From Malacoraja senta (lineage: Eukaryota), in the NCBI GenBank assembly GCA_038087875.1, contig CM075997.1, forward strand, positions 248,001 to 312,000: DNA of 64,000 nt. Reading direction: 5' to 3'. The first letter of the stretch is position 1. Each line of letters opens with the position of its first letter. The notes beneath the pieces are model-generated. The model searched no databases and was not told where the DNA came from. It saw nothing but the letters and a program-made list of their open reading frames with translations. Of the stretch, positions 36,325-49,600 are shown piece by piece. The translations under genes were made by a program, and so were the position numbers.

Positions 36325-37883
36325 GATGTAGCTGGCCTGGCCACAGGGAGAGGTTGAGCGAAGCTTAACAAGGGAATGAGGGAGAAAGTAATGTCAGGAC
36401 TTCCTACCCATAGGAGGTGACTTATCTCGAGCATAAACAGAAGTGTGGAATGAACATGCAGGAAGGAACTGCAGGCGCTGGTTTAAGCCAAAGATAGACA
36501 CAAAAAGCTGGAGTAACTCAGCGGGTCAGACAACATCTCGAGGGAAAAGGAATAGGTGAAGTTTTGGGTCGAGAACCTTCTTCAGACTGAAGGTCCTGAA
36601 GAAGGGTCTCGCCCACCTATTCCTTCTCTCCATAGATGCTGCCGGACCCGCTGAGTTCCTCCAGCATTCGACATGAAATGAATGACCTCCTTCTGACCTA
36701 TAGCTGTGACCGCACCAAATGGCTCCTGGACATGTGGGGAATTGAGACATTGCCCTGATAACAGGCGTATGCATCAGAACAACTACCTGGTCAATGGGAG
36801 TCGGGGCAGCTAATTGCATTTCCTATTAGTAAATAGAATGAGTAATTTGCCTTTTATGTTGCAGAAAGACTGAGTCACCATCACCAGGCCTGTGTTATCG
36901 CATTCACTGGGTGTTTGAATATTAACCCATTTGTTGTCGATGAGTCGATAAAACTGCACAGATTATTTTTTTAATACATGGCTCTGACAGAATCACGGTG
37001 AAAGTTTGCAAAGTAAATACTGAGTGGTTTCTCCTGTACAGTGAGACTGTTGAGAGGGTGGTTCAGTTGCCTGATAAAAGCTGGGAAGAAACTGTGTAGG
37101 AAGGAACTGCAGATGCTGGTTTAAACCGAAGATAGGCACAAAAAGCTGGAGTAACTCAGCGGGACAGGCAGCATCTCTGGAGAGAAGGAATGAATGAAGG
37201 AAGGAATGGATGACATCACCCATTCCTTCTCTCCAGAGATGCTGCCTGTCCCGCTGAGTTACTCCAGCATTTTGTGTCTATCTTGGGAAGAAACTGTCCC
37301 TGAATCTGGAGGTGTGCGTTTTCACACTTCTGTACCTCTTACCTGATGGGAGAGGGGGTGTGTAGAATTAGACTGGTTCTTAATTATGCTGGAGATAGAC
37401 ACACAATGCTGGAGTAACTCAGCTGGGACAGGCAGCTTCTCTGGAGAGAAGGAATGGGTGGCGTTTCGGGCTGAGACCCTTCTTCAGACTGAGAGTCGGG
37501 GGGAGGGAAACGAGAGATATAGACGGCGATGTAGAGAGATGTTGAACAAATGAATGAAAGAGATGCAGAAAAATAACAATGTTAAAGGAAACAAGCCCTT
37601 GTTAGCTGTGAGCTAGGTGAAAATGAGTTACTGACAATGAGACTCAACAAGATGACTATGAAGCTAGTGTGATGTGGGTGGGAGAGGGACGGGTGCTGTT
37701 TAGATGGAAGGCAGCGTGGTATAGATCTAACAGCAGCCCGTGTAGTCAGTAACACGTTGGTCTTTGTTGGTACTTGCTCCGGCACAGGTTAAATGCTGTT
37801 TCCTGCATTCTAACAATGACTACATATCAAGTGCTTCCATGGTAGTGAAGCACTTTGGAATGTCTTGACACCTTGCAAGGTGA

Positions 37884-38195
37884 TTAGTTTAGTTTAGAGA
37901 TACAACACGGAAACAGGCCCTTCGGCCCACCGGGTCCGTGCCGACCAGCGATCCCCGCATATTAACTCTATCCTCCACACACTAGGGGCAATTTTTACAT
38001 TTACGCCAAGCCAATTAACCTACAAACCTGCACGTCTTTGGAGTGTGGGAGGAAACCGGAGATCTCGGAGAAAACCCACGCAGGTCACGGGGAGAACGTA
38101 CAAACTCCGTACAAACAGTGCCCGTAATCGGGATGGAACCCGGGTCTCTGGTGCTTGTGAGGTAGCAACTCTACCGCTGCGCCACCGTGACCGCC
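37884..38195 (-). mobile_element. HE1-like V-SINE, full length
   Basis: Reverse complement of the same SINE. Other minus-strand copies at about 141-722 (split), 38565-38872, 47945-48145, 52460-52750 and 53365-53612. Confidence 0.85.
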
Positions 38196-38413
38196 CATTT
38201 TGTTGCAGTGGCTTCTTTAAGTACAGCACTGGTGAGGCTATAACTAACTAAGGCATTGTGTGTTGGGAACAATGTAAACGGAAAAAACAAATAATGCATG
38301 TTGGTGGAAGATGGAATGTTTTGGTCATCTCCGTTAATTAGTCGACAACATGTGCAATATTAATTTAATGCTCCTCGGAACCACCTTGGGGAGTTTGATT
38401 AGCTAAAAGTGTG

Positions 38414-38487
38414 ATGGAAGTGAATGGAGCTGCCACTGAATCCAGGCGTAGCTGCTTCCAGCTTCGGAACGCTGCCAGCAGCGATAG
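38414..38487 (+). CDS. Candidate alternative first coding exon (MEVNGAATESRRSCFQLRNAASSD + AG, phase 2)
   Basis: gtgATGG Kozak context, 24 open codons plus AG, weaker donor AG|gtatca. Confidence 0.25.
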
Positions 38488-40272
38488 GTATCATGCAAGT
38501 CTGATCCAAAAAGTGCTGGAGGAACTCGGCAGGTCGGGCAGCATCTGCGGAGGGGAATGGACCAGTTTAGTTTAGCGATACAGTGTGGAAACAGGCCCTT
38601 TCGGCCCACCGGGTCCGTGCCGACCAGCGATCCCCGCACACTAACACTATCCTACACCCACTAGGGACAATTTTTACATTTACCAAGAAAATTAACCCAC
38701 AAACCTGTACGTCTTTGGAGTGTGGGAAGAAACCGAGGAACTCGGAGAAAACCCACGCAGGTCACGGGGAGAACGTGCAAACTCCGTACAGACAGCACCC
38801 GTAGTCGGGATCGAACCCGGGTCTCCGCCGCTGCATTTGCTGTAAGGCAGCAACTCTCCGCTGCGCCACCGTTTCCTCTCCCGAAACATCGCTTGTTCAT
38901 TCCCTCCAGAGATCCTGCTCGCCCCGCTTAGGTCCTCCAGCACTTTGTGTCTTGCTCAGGATTCCAGCATCTGCAGTTCCTTGTACCTCCATACACGTCT
39001 AACCCTTGTATACTGAAGTTGCTTGTGTCCCTGCCGTAATTCTAATGTTTAAGGTCCTCAAGGTGGTGAATCTGCGGAATTCTTTGCCACAGAAGGCTGT
39101 GGAGGCCAAGTCGGAGGATATTTTTAAAACAGAGATAGATAGATTCTTGATTAGTACGGGTTTCAGAGGTTATGGGGTGAAGGCAGGAGAATGGGGTTAG
39201 GAGTGAGAGATAGATCAGCCATGATTGAATGGCGGAGTAGACTTGATGGGCCGAATGGCCTAATTCTACTCCAATTCCATATGACCCTATTTTAAAGTTT
39301 CTGTGAGAAAATGAGGCATGGGAAATGCATTCACTACTTCAGTGTATTCTGGAGGAACAGAATGCAAGAAGCCATTGTGATGAAATAATACTCTCACTTT
39401 TTGCCTGATTGACAATAGTTATATTAAATATTGTCCATATGGATCAATACTCACAGGGATATTTTCCAAAACTATGATCCCATGGATATGCAGGGAATGG
39501 ATGGAGGGATATGGACAATGTGCAGGCAGATGAGACTATCTTGACGACATGTTCGACTCAGACATTGTGGGCCGAAGGGCCTGTTCCTGTGCTGTACTGT
39601 TCTATGTTCTACGTCCAAAATTGCAACATGCTTTTAAGATTGTTTTAACAAGACTCGGAAGCATCCTGCTGTGCAATACCTAATTATTTGTAACCTCAAG
39701 TTGTACGTGTCATTGCCCTGCAACCTGTTCCCACAAACTATTGAGGTGAAGGTTGTTTTCACTGGTGTTTGAGGCAGTTATAAGTTCTAGGACCAGACGT
39801 CAAGGAGCATCAAGTCTACTCCACCATTCAATCATGGCTGATCTATCTCTCCCTCCTAACCCCATTCTCCTGCCTTCTCCCCATTACCCCTGACACCCGT
39901 ACCAATCAAGTATCTGTCAATAGGGTGACGTTTCAGATCGAGACCCTTCTTCAGAGTCTGAAGAAGGGTCTCGACCCAAAACGTCACCCATTCCTTCTCT
40001 CCACAGATGCTGCCTCACCCGCTGAGTTACTCCAGCATTTTGTGTCTACCTTCGATTTTATCCAGCATCTGCAGTTCTTTCTGACACAAGTATCTGTCAA
40101 TATCTGTTTTAAAAATACCCAATGACTTGGCCTCCACAGCCTTGTGAGGCAATGAATTCCACAAATTCTCCAACCTCTGCTAAAGAAATTGTGTTTTGTT
40201 TTTTTTGCATCACTTCAAATTGCACGACAAACTTAGCACCATTATTGACGATTTGTATTTGTTGTGTAAATT

Positions 40273-40430
40273 GAGGAGGGGGAGAGAGGAGGGGAGAGGA
40301 GGGGGGAGGAGAGGAGAGGGGGAGAGGAGGAGAGGGGGAGAGGAAAGGGAAGGAGAGGAGAGAGGGAGAGGAGAGGAGGAGAACAGAGGGGGAGGGGAGA
40401 GGGGAGAGTGAGGGGGGAGAGGGAGAGAGA
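40273..40430. repeat. Polypurine (G/A) low-complexity tract
   Basis: About 160 nt almost entirely G and A, with many G3-G6 runs. Confidence 0.9.
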
Positions 40431-41239
40431 GATTAGCAATGTGTTAGAAACAGCAAAATTACTAAATTCTTACTAGCGGCCTTGCCATTTGTTATTCTTT
40501 CAAAAACAACACCTTCCAGCGCTTAAACGGATTGTGTGGTCATTAACCCATGCGGGCTCTGCACAGATGGTACAGCACAAAGCGTGTATTACCATATGAA
40601 CTTTGACTACTCTTAAACGAATCAATTGGCTGTAAACCACTGCATCAATTAGAGACCGGAAACAGCCTCAGTCTGAAGAAGGGTCTCGACCTCAAACGTC
40701 ACCCGTTCCTTCTCTCCAGAGACGCTGCCTGTCCTGCTGAGTTACTCCAGCATTTTGTGTCTATCTTTGGTGTAAACCAGCATCTGCAGTTCCTTCCTGC
40801 ACAAACAGGAATGCACCTCTGCCTTCCGTTCAGAAAACTTTCCGTCTAGGACCTCCTTCACGCACCAACTCTTATTTCAGCTTTGCCCGTCATCTTGCCA
40901 GGTGGTTGGGCATCTTAACGCTCTGAGGGCTAGCAGGGAATGGATTTGGTGTTTGGGTTTTTAGTTCCAATGCAGAGCAGAGCGCGAGAGAGTGAACATT
41001 TCTACTCATTGCTTGTAGACGTTTAGGTCATGTTGCAGATTCCATCTCTTAGCTTGTGTGGCCATCTTCAAGCCATTCTTGCATGTGGGACGAAAGGCGA
41101 TTGTGGATGATCAGCCACAATCACATTGAATGGTGGTGCTAGATCGATGGGCCAAATGGCCTACTCCTCCACCTATTGTCTATTGTCTACTGTGAAACTC
41201 TGCTTTCCACATCCTCCATGGTATTCTGCATCTTTAGAT

Positions 41240-41267
41240 CTGAAGAAGGGTCTCGACCCGAAACGTC
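41240..41267 (+). ncRNA. Minimal hammerhead ribozyme core (Penelope type), representative intact copy
   Basis: CTGAAGA-AGGGTCTCGACCC-GAAA-CGTC. Identical cores at 19289-19316 (+), 24612-24639 (-), 28942-28969 (-) and 44408-44435 (-). Variants at 10571 (-), 29819 (+), 30680 (+) and 35733 (-). Confidence 0.7.
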
Positions 41268-41703
41268 ACCCATTCCTTCTCTCCCTGTCCTGCTGAGTTA
41301 CTCCAGCTTTATGAGTCTATCTTCGGTGTAAACCAGCACCTGCAGTTCCTTCCTACACAAGTCCAGATGCCAGTTGCAGAAGAAGGTCCTAACACCAAAG
41401 TCCAGAACTTTAGTGATGAGCTTATTTGGTGATGAAAGCTGAGTTGTAATCATTGCATCGCATCTGGACAATTGTGCTTGGCAGCCTTAAACATTTAGGG
41501 AGGTGTTGCCCCCCAAGGTTTTTTCCCTGACCTCTATTGTATTTGGGTAGGGAAGGTCAAGTCTTCCTTCTCTCTCCCTCTCTCCCAGCGCTAACTTTTC
41601 TGGTTATTTGGGAAAGTCAGTCCATTCAATGTGAATGTCCATTCAACGAGCGGGTCATTTAATCTGTTCTAAGATCTGTTTTGTTTAGAGATACATCATG
41701 GAA

Positions 41704-42085
41704 ACCAAAGACCCTATAGCGAGCAAGATAGTCCACTCGACGAAAAAGATGTAGTACGGTCATGGGCAGATTTATGGGTAATTTTCGGCCCCATTTCCGT
41801 AACCGGCTTCCGTCTCCGCACCAAAGATCCCAAAGGATACTAGTGCGGAGACGGAAGCCGGTTACGGAAACATCCTCGTAAAAATAAAAGTTCTTTGGGA
41901 AAAATCTTCTCCTCATTTTCAGAATTATAATTTATTAACACAAACTGTTCCCCCGCAACGTTAATTACACTGCGAGTCGGGTCGGGTCCGGTTATGGAAA
42001 TGGATGAAAAAAAGGCCCACGTTCTGCTCCGCTGCGTACTACACATCAGCCCGTTGTATTTAGCAGGAGTGGTCTATCTTGCTCG
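41704..42085. mobile_element. Unclassified CpG-rich inverted-repeat element inserted in a SINE tail
   Basis: 18/19 inverted match 41720-41738 with 42067-42085. Internal perfect 28-bp hairpin 41794-41821 with 41843-41870. Confidence 0.6.
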
Positions 42086-45000
42086 GCCCATCTGGTCTGC
42101 ACCGACCAACAATTCCCCATACACTAGTTCTATCCTACACGCTCGTCTTTAGTCAGGGGGTGGTGAATCTGTGGAATTCTTTGCCTCAGAAGGGTGTGGA
42201 GGCCACAAGTCAGTGGATATTTTTAAGGCAGAGATAGATAGATTCTTGATTAGTATGGGTGTCAGGGGTTATGGGGAGAAGGCAGGAGAATGGGGTTAGG
42301 AGGGAGAGATAGATCAGCCACGATTGAATGGTAGAGTAGACTCGATGGGCTGAATGGCCTAATTCTGCGCCTATCAAATGACATGACACTAGGAACAATT
42401 TACAGAAGCCAATTGATCTACAAACGTGGAATGTGGGAGGAAACCAGAGCACCTGGAGGAAACCCACACAGTCACATGTAGAACGTACAAACTCCGTACA
42501 GACAGCACTAGTAGTTAGGATCAAACCCGGGTCTCTAATGCTGTAAGGTGCAACTCTGCCACCGCACCATTGTACTATCCCAAGTTTGTGTTTTAGGGCT
42601 AAAGGCTTGCAGGTGAAGGATGCATTGTGAATGCGTTCTGGGGATGGTGGTCCATTCGGGGGTGGTGGCGGTAGATGGGGAAGAGGAAGCTAGAGGTATG
42701 TTGCGAAGGAGGATCGCCCGTGGCTAGTTTGCTCTTGTACTTTTCCTGTTACCCAAGAACAAATACTGAACTGTGGAATGCTGCTCAGATATGTAGTTCT
42801 CTTTAGTTGCAATGAGTTCCCATTTTCACCAGAGGAGATGAATTGTTGGACTTTTTAACGTGTCGCTGAATTGCAGGGGGAAGGGGGAGATTCATTGCAA
42901 AGTTCACAAGTAATAGGAGCAGAATTAGGCCATTCGGCCCATCAATTCTACTCTTCCATTCAATCATGGCTGATCAATCTCTCCCTCCCAACCCCATTCT
43001 CCTGCCTTCTCCCCATTACCCCTGACACCCGTACTAATCAAGAATCTATCTGTCTCTGCCTTAAAAATATCCACTGAGATCTTGTTTCTCTTCCTTTCCA
43101 CCGATGCATGACTCTTATTTAGAAGGGAATAGTCATAGAGTCATACAGCATGGAAACAGGCCCTTCGGCCCAACTTTCCCATGCCGACCAAGATGCCCCA
43201 TCTACACTGGTCCCACCTGTGGTCCACACTCCAAAAACTTTCAGATTTGTTGGTTAATTGGCTTCGGTAAAAATTAAAATTGTCCCTCGTGCGTACGATG
43301 GTGCTAGTGTACGGGGATAGCTGGTCAGCGTGGACCCGATGGGCCGAAGGGCCTGTTTCCGCGCTGTACCTCTCTAAGCTAAATCCTTGATGGCTATATT
43401 GTCCAAGCCGAACGAAGTTATTATCCTGCATGTGATCCATATCCCTCCATCTCAGTTCCAATCAAGGGTTATTGACCTGAAGCATTAGCACATTGGGGGA
43501 CCGGTGTAGCGGGAGTACTAATGAGGGCCTGGATCCATTACAAGTAATCAATAATAACATTACGCACACTTATGAAGTGTATGAATAAGTTTATTGGCCA
43601 AGTATTCACATACAAGGAATTTGCCTTGGTGCTCCGCCCACAAGTGACAACATGACATACACTGACAGTTAAGAATGATACATAAAACATTCAACATTAT
43701 TAATCAATACATGAATGTGCAGGAAGGAACTGCAGATGCTCATTTAAAAACCGGATAGACACAAAAAGCTGGAGTAGCTCAGCGGATCAGACAGCATCTC
43801 TGGAGAAAAAGAATGGGTGACGTTTCAGGTCAGGTCTAAGGAAGGGTCTTGACCCGAAACGTCACCTATTCCTTTTCTCCAGAGATGCGGTCTGTCCCGC
43901 TGAGTTACCCCAGCTTTTTGTGTCTTTCTTGCGCTTGTGTGTGTGGCCTTAATAGGTGTTTAACCTGCCCCTCCCAACCCTCACTGCCTGCCCAGTCCAT
44001 GACTCGGTTTGCCTGTCCATGGATTGTCCCTGATGCTGTTGGACTCTTCCCCTCTGTTATCAGTCTTCCGAGCATTCCTTCCATGACCCAGCATACTGTC
44101 CCAATCTTCCCTCATTACCCAGTTGATGTTTTACCCTGCAACTGTAAATCTACCATGCTGAGAATCTCTACACTGCACTCTAAGGTAGACTAAAATGCTG
44201 GAGAAACTCAGCGGGTGAGGCAGCATCTGTGGAGAGAAGGAATAGGCGACGTTTCTGGTTGAGACCGGAGGGTATATGGAGCGAGTTTCCAGAGGAGGTA
44301 GTTGAGGCATATACTGTTACAACAGTTAAATGACTCTTCGAAGATAGACACAAAAAGCTGGAGTAACTCAGCGGGACAGGCAGCATCTCTGGAGAGAAGG
44401 AATGGGTGACGTTTCGGGTCGAGACCCTTCTTCAGACTCTTCGACAGGGACATGGATAGGCAAGATTTAGAGGGATTTAGGCCACTGGGCAGATGGGACT
44501 AGTGCAGGTTTTGGTCCACGTGGCCAAGTTGGGCTAAAGGGCCTGTTTCCGTACTGTACGACTCTGTAAGTGTTATTTCAACATAGAGGCTGTAACAGTG
44601 CATTTGTGCATCAGCTCATGTGACAACTGTTTAAACATAGTTGATGCAACACCAAATATGTGTGTAAGTAATTCACACCAACTCAGAACTGGGATAGAGT
44701 GCAGATCTTTGAGTCGTGGGAGACTGCTGTCTACTGAGCCAGAGCAGAGAGCAAAGACAGGAAATATGATTTGTGCTGGAATACAAAACTAAGGAGTGCC
44801 TGCTCCAGCTGTCCAGGGCGTTGGGTGAAACCACACCTGAGTATTGTTTAGTTTAACAATACAGCGTGGAAGCTGGCCCTTTGGCCCATCGAGTCAACTC
44901 TGCCAGCTGTAGGTACGCGGGGCTATTTTTTTTACTCGTGGACATTTTTCATCAGGCTGAAAAAACGTCCCGACTTCCCTGATGCCCCGAGTACCTACGG

Positions 45001-45443
45001 CTGGCGTAACGAGCCGCTACGATATATCCACAGACTCCCACGGACTCGTTACGAACATTCTGCGAGTTTGAAAACTCGGGAGAATCCGTGAATAACTCGG
45101 GGAAAGTGGGACAGGTCCTTATCCCTCACATATACGAGGGACAATTTACAGAAGCCAATTAACGTACAAACCTGCACGTCTTTCAGATGTGGTGGGAAAC
45201 CGGAGAAAACGAATGCATTCACAGGGCGAAGGTACATTCCGTGTAGATATCAATCAGGAGAGTAGCTGCCTCACAGCACCAGAGACCCAGGTTCAATCCT
45301 GACCACGGTTGCTGTCTGGATGGAGTTTGTACGTTCTCCCTGTGACCACGTGGGTTTTCTCCAGGTGCTCCGGTTTCCTCCCACACTCCAAAGATGTGCA
45401 GGTTTGTAGGTTAATTGGCTTTGGTAAAAATTGTATATTGTCC

Positions 45444-45446
<3 letters not shown>

Positions 45447-45482
<36 letters not shown>
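45447..45482. repeat. (GT)n microsatellite inside a SINE
   Basis: Seen directly. Also (TTA)n at about 6606-6638 and poly-C at 36293-36322. Confidence 0.95.
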
Positions 45483-45484
<2 letters not shown>

Positions 45485-46609
45485 GATAGTGTCGGTGTGC
45501 GGGGATCGCTGGTCGGTGTGGATTCAGTGGGCTGAAGGGCCTGTTTCTCTAAACTAAACTTTAAAAAATGAAACTATAGGAGGATACTTTGAGCGGTCTC
45601 ACGGTGAAGGTTCTTCATTCTGTGAAATGGGAAATGGGACTACAGCATTGAGCATGAGACTCACGTATTTCACCACCGCCCCAACGCAGTGCAATTAGTG
45701 CCGTGCAGTCATGATCATGCGACGTCTTCCGTTGTCGCCCACAGGGTCGTAGCTTGTCGCGGGTGGACGTAGGTTGACTGGTTGTCATAGGTGTGGTCGT
45801 AGGTGGACGTCCCAATTCGTGAGGAATTGTATCTCCGGTCGACAATAGACAATAGGTGCAGGAGCAGGCCATTCGGCCCTTCGAGCCAGCACCGCCATTC
45901 AATGTGATCACGGCTGATCATCCCCAATCAGTACCCCGTTCCTGCCTTCTCCCCATATGACTCCGCTATCTTTAAGAGCCCTATCTAGCTCTCTCTTGAA
46001 AGCATCCAGAGAACCTGCCTCCACCGCCCTCTGAGGCAGAGAATTCCACAGACTCACAACTCTCTGTGAGAAAAAGTGTTTCCTCGTCTCCGTTCTAAAT
46101 GGCTTACTCCTTATTCTTAAACTGTGTGTGGCCCCTGGTTCTGTGGATTGTCGTAGACTAGGTGGTTGTTTGTCGTGGGGGGGGGGGGGTGTAGATGATA
46201 TATGCATGTGCCTTTAACATAGTGACCTCATACCTACTAACCACTCCCCATATCACAAGTATAACTACAACCTCCCCACCCACAGATCGCTCTCTAGTTC
46301 CTGTGACAGACCACGTACAGCTAGTGCAATATGTAATGCTCCAGTATGAATAAAGATAGTAAAGTAACGATGCCTCGTTATAGATACTTTACAGGGGGGG
46401 TCCAGATTTCTCACTTTCAACTCGCACCCAATGTTGGCAGCCCTGCTCCAGCCAAACCCTTGGTTTTACTTCGAGAATGTGTAAGTGGGGGATGAACCCG
46501 GGCCTCGGGCTTGATTGAACTTGTCTGGGGGATGTTACCATATAGAGTGTGCAGGAAGGAATTGCAGATGCTGGTTTAAAACGTAGGTAGACACAAAATG
46601 CTGGAGTAA

Positions 46610-46804
46610 AGGGCCCGTCCCACTTTCACCACCTAATTCACGACCGCTGCCGAGTTTGCCCTTGACTCAAACTCGCAGCATGGTCGTCACGAGGTCGTAG
46701 GTACTCGTGGCATTGAGTAGGTCGGGGCGTTTTTCCAGCCTGATCAAAAATGTCCACGAGTAAAAAAAGGTGGTGAATTAGGTGGTGAAAGTGGGACTGG
46801 CCCA
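46610..46804. mobile_element. PIF/Harbinger-type MITE nested in a Penelope-derived mini-element
   Basis: TIRs gggcccgtcccactttcaccacctaattcac / gtgaattaggtggtgaaagtgggactggccc. TAA TSD (46607-46609 and 46805-46807) splits the host sequence ggagTAActc. Related partial copy at about 44910-45120. Confidence 0.82.
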
Positions 46805-49239
46805 TAACTCGGCAGGGCAGGCAGCATCTCTGGAGAGAATGAATGGGTGACATTTCGTGTCGAGACCCTTCTTCAGACTCTACCATATAGTCTGTTGCCT
46901 GGTGGATCAGTCAAGTGTAGCTCTGCATGCACACACAAACCATGAGTCATCGCGCGGAGGTTAGTCAGTTCCTCTTGCGTTTGTACATTTGGTTCACGAT
47001 CGGCACGTTGTCGGGTGGGCCAGTTATCAGACCAGCAGTGGGTCCTGCACAGTATCAATACTTGAAACAATTGCCTCCACCATGACAGTGGAGTTTCTCC
47101 GCAGTCTGGCCTTCACAGACGTGAAGTTCATTCACACAGCGACTTGTAAAATAGTAGACTTTTCAATCAATTTATTAGAAGCTTTTAGCTATAGTTAGAA
47201 GAAAAGAAAAGGAGAAAAAGCAAGAAAGAGAAAAAGTGAGATGTGCAGAGATAGAACCCCTGCCAGTGGTGTAAGCAAAGAGGGAATAAATGAAAGAAAG
47301 AAGAAAGGAATAGGAAAAAAAAGAGAAATAAAGAAAAGTGGTGATAAAGCTGTCTCGCGTCCCTCCCCACCCATCACCCAACCCGTAATTAGATTTAACT
47401 CCAAAGTTGTGTTCCACCATACTATCCTTGTAATAAATCAATGAATGGTGTCCAATAGTAGACATTTTTAACCCAGAGATAGATCAATTATTGATCAGTA
47501 CGGGTGTTTTTAAGTTTCAAGTTGGAAAGAGTCCAGAGAAGATTTACGTGGAGTTTAGAAGGATGAGAGGGAATCTTATAGAAACGTATACAATTCTTAA
47601 AGGATTGGACAGGCTAGATGCCAGAAACATGTTCCCCATGTTGGGGGGAAGTCCAGAACCAGGGGCCACACAGTTTAAGAATAAGAGGTAAGCCATTTAG
47701 GACTGAGATGAGAAAAAACTTTTTCACCCAGAGAGTTATGAATCTGAGGAATTCTCTGCCCCAGAAGACAGTGGAGTGCAATTCACTGGATGTTTTCAAG
47801 AGAGAGTTAGATTTGGCTCTTGGGGCTAACGGAATTAGGGGATATGGGGAGAAAGCAGGAACGGGGTACTGATTTTGGATGATCAGCCATGATCATATTG
47901 AATGGCGGTCCTGGCTAGAAGGGCCGAATGTAATGGTTCCAAACACACTAGGGACTATTTACATTTATACCAAGCCAACTAGCCTACAAACCTGCACGTC
48001 CTTGGGAGTGTGGGAGGAAAGTGGAGCACCCACGCAGGTCACGGGAGAACATGCAAACTCCGCACAGACAGCACCTGTTGTCAGGATCGAACCGGGGTCT
48101 CTGGCGCTGTGAGGCAGCAACTCTGCTGTTATGCCACCGTGCTGCACTACTGATCAAACCATTGAGCAGTCGTCCCATAAGCTAGATTGTAGTCCCAATC
48201 TTCCAATCTACCTTTTTTTGCAGAACGTGCACTTTTTTCCCCCATCTTTTCCCTGCAGATGTTACATAATACGCTGCACACTGGTATTTATGCCTGTGCA
48301 CTACCTGCTGTACTTGTAAGGACACAAATTGCTGGAGTGAACTCTGGAGAACATGTGTAGGGGAGGTTTCGGGTTTTACCGTTTTGTGTTTTAACCAGCA
48401 TCTGCAGTTCCTTGTTTCTACTGCTGTACCGGCATGTGGCTTCATTGCACATATAGTCGGTATGATTTGACCGGATATCACGTATCCCTTCAAAGGTTGC
48501 TCACATTTAGGGATGGACCTTAAATGCTGGCTTTCTTAACCAAAGTTAGACACAAAACGCTGGAGTAACTTAGCGGGTGAGGCAGCATCTCTGGAGAGAA
48601 GGAATGGGTGACGTTTCGGGTCGAGACCCTTCTCCATTCCTTCTATCCAGAGGTGCTGCCTGTCCCGCTGAGTTACTCCAGCGTTTTGTGTCTACTCCAG
48701 TATTCAGTCTCTTTATAAGATCTGTAGATGTGACTTTCAAACCCCCTCTGCTATCTGTAGCATTTAGATTACCTTTGTACTTCTCTTTCCTAGCGTAACT
48801 TCCTGTCTGAGAGTGTGGTGAAGTCAAGGGTGGCCTTGTTTAGACGGCAGAGAGCGAACCGCCATGTTGCTTTCTCCCCTAACTTCACCAAGAAATCATC
48901 CAGTACTTTTTCCACGCTATTCTGATCCAATTCCTATTCCTCCACAAGGAAAGGAAAGATGCGTGGAAGAATATTGAGTCTTGTAGATGTGGCATGAAGC
49001 GACTAAATGTTTTTACCACCTGCTCGATCCACGCGGGTCTGCGGGATAGCCAGCCTCTATAGAATTCCCCGCGGTGTGTAGGGAATGTATGGGGAAGTGG
49101 GATAGCATGGAACTAGTGCGAATGGTGATCAATGTTCAGGGTGGGCCGAAGGGCCTGTTCCCGTGCTGTATCTCTAAACTAAACTCTTCCCAGTCACGGC
49201 ACCGCGGTTGAACCATTCTCCACACATCCGTGAGCAAAG

Positions 49240-49600
49240 CACAGAGTGGTGGAGTAACTCAGCGGGTCAGGCAGCATCTGTGGAGCGAAGGAAATGGGCA
49301 TCCTTTCGGGCCGAAACCCTGAAGGAAATAGGCAACGTTTCGGGCCGAAACCCGGAAGGGTTTCGGGCCGAAACGTTGCCTATTTCCTTCGCTCCATAGA
49401 TGCTGCCGGAACATGGATAGGTGACGTTTCACAGAGTGCTGGAGTAACTCAGCGGGTCAGGCAGCATCTGTGGAGAACATGGATAGGTGACGTTTCACAG
49501 AGTGCTGGAGTAACTCAGCGGGTCAGGCAGCATCTGTGGAGAACATGGATAGGTGACGTTTCACAGAGTGCTGGAGTAACTCAGCGGGTTGGGCAGCATC
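49240..49600. repeat. 66-bp tandem array with embedded cassette
   Basis: Same unit and junctions. Further cassette-free arrays at about 51860-52040, 52325-52460 and abutting the gap at 50868-50943. Confidence 0.85.

Noticed and set aside
47082..47198. ccaccATG MTVEFLRSL..., resembling the ACAP N-terminus
   Set aside because: Similarity stops after five residues and there is no good donor site.
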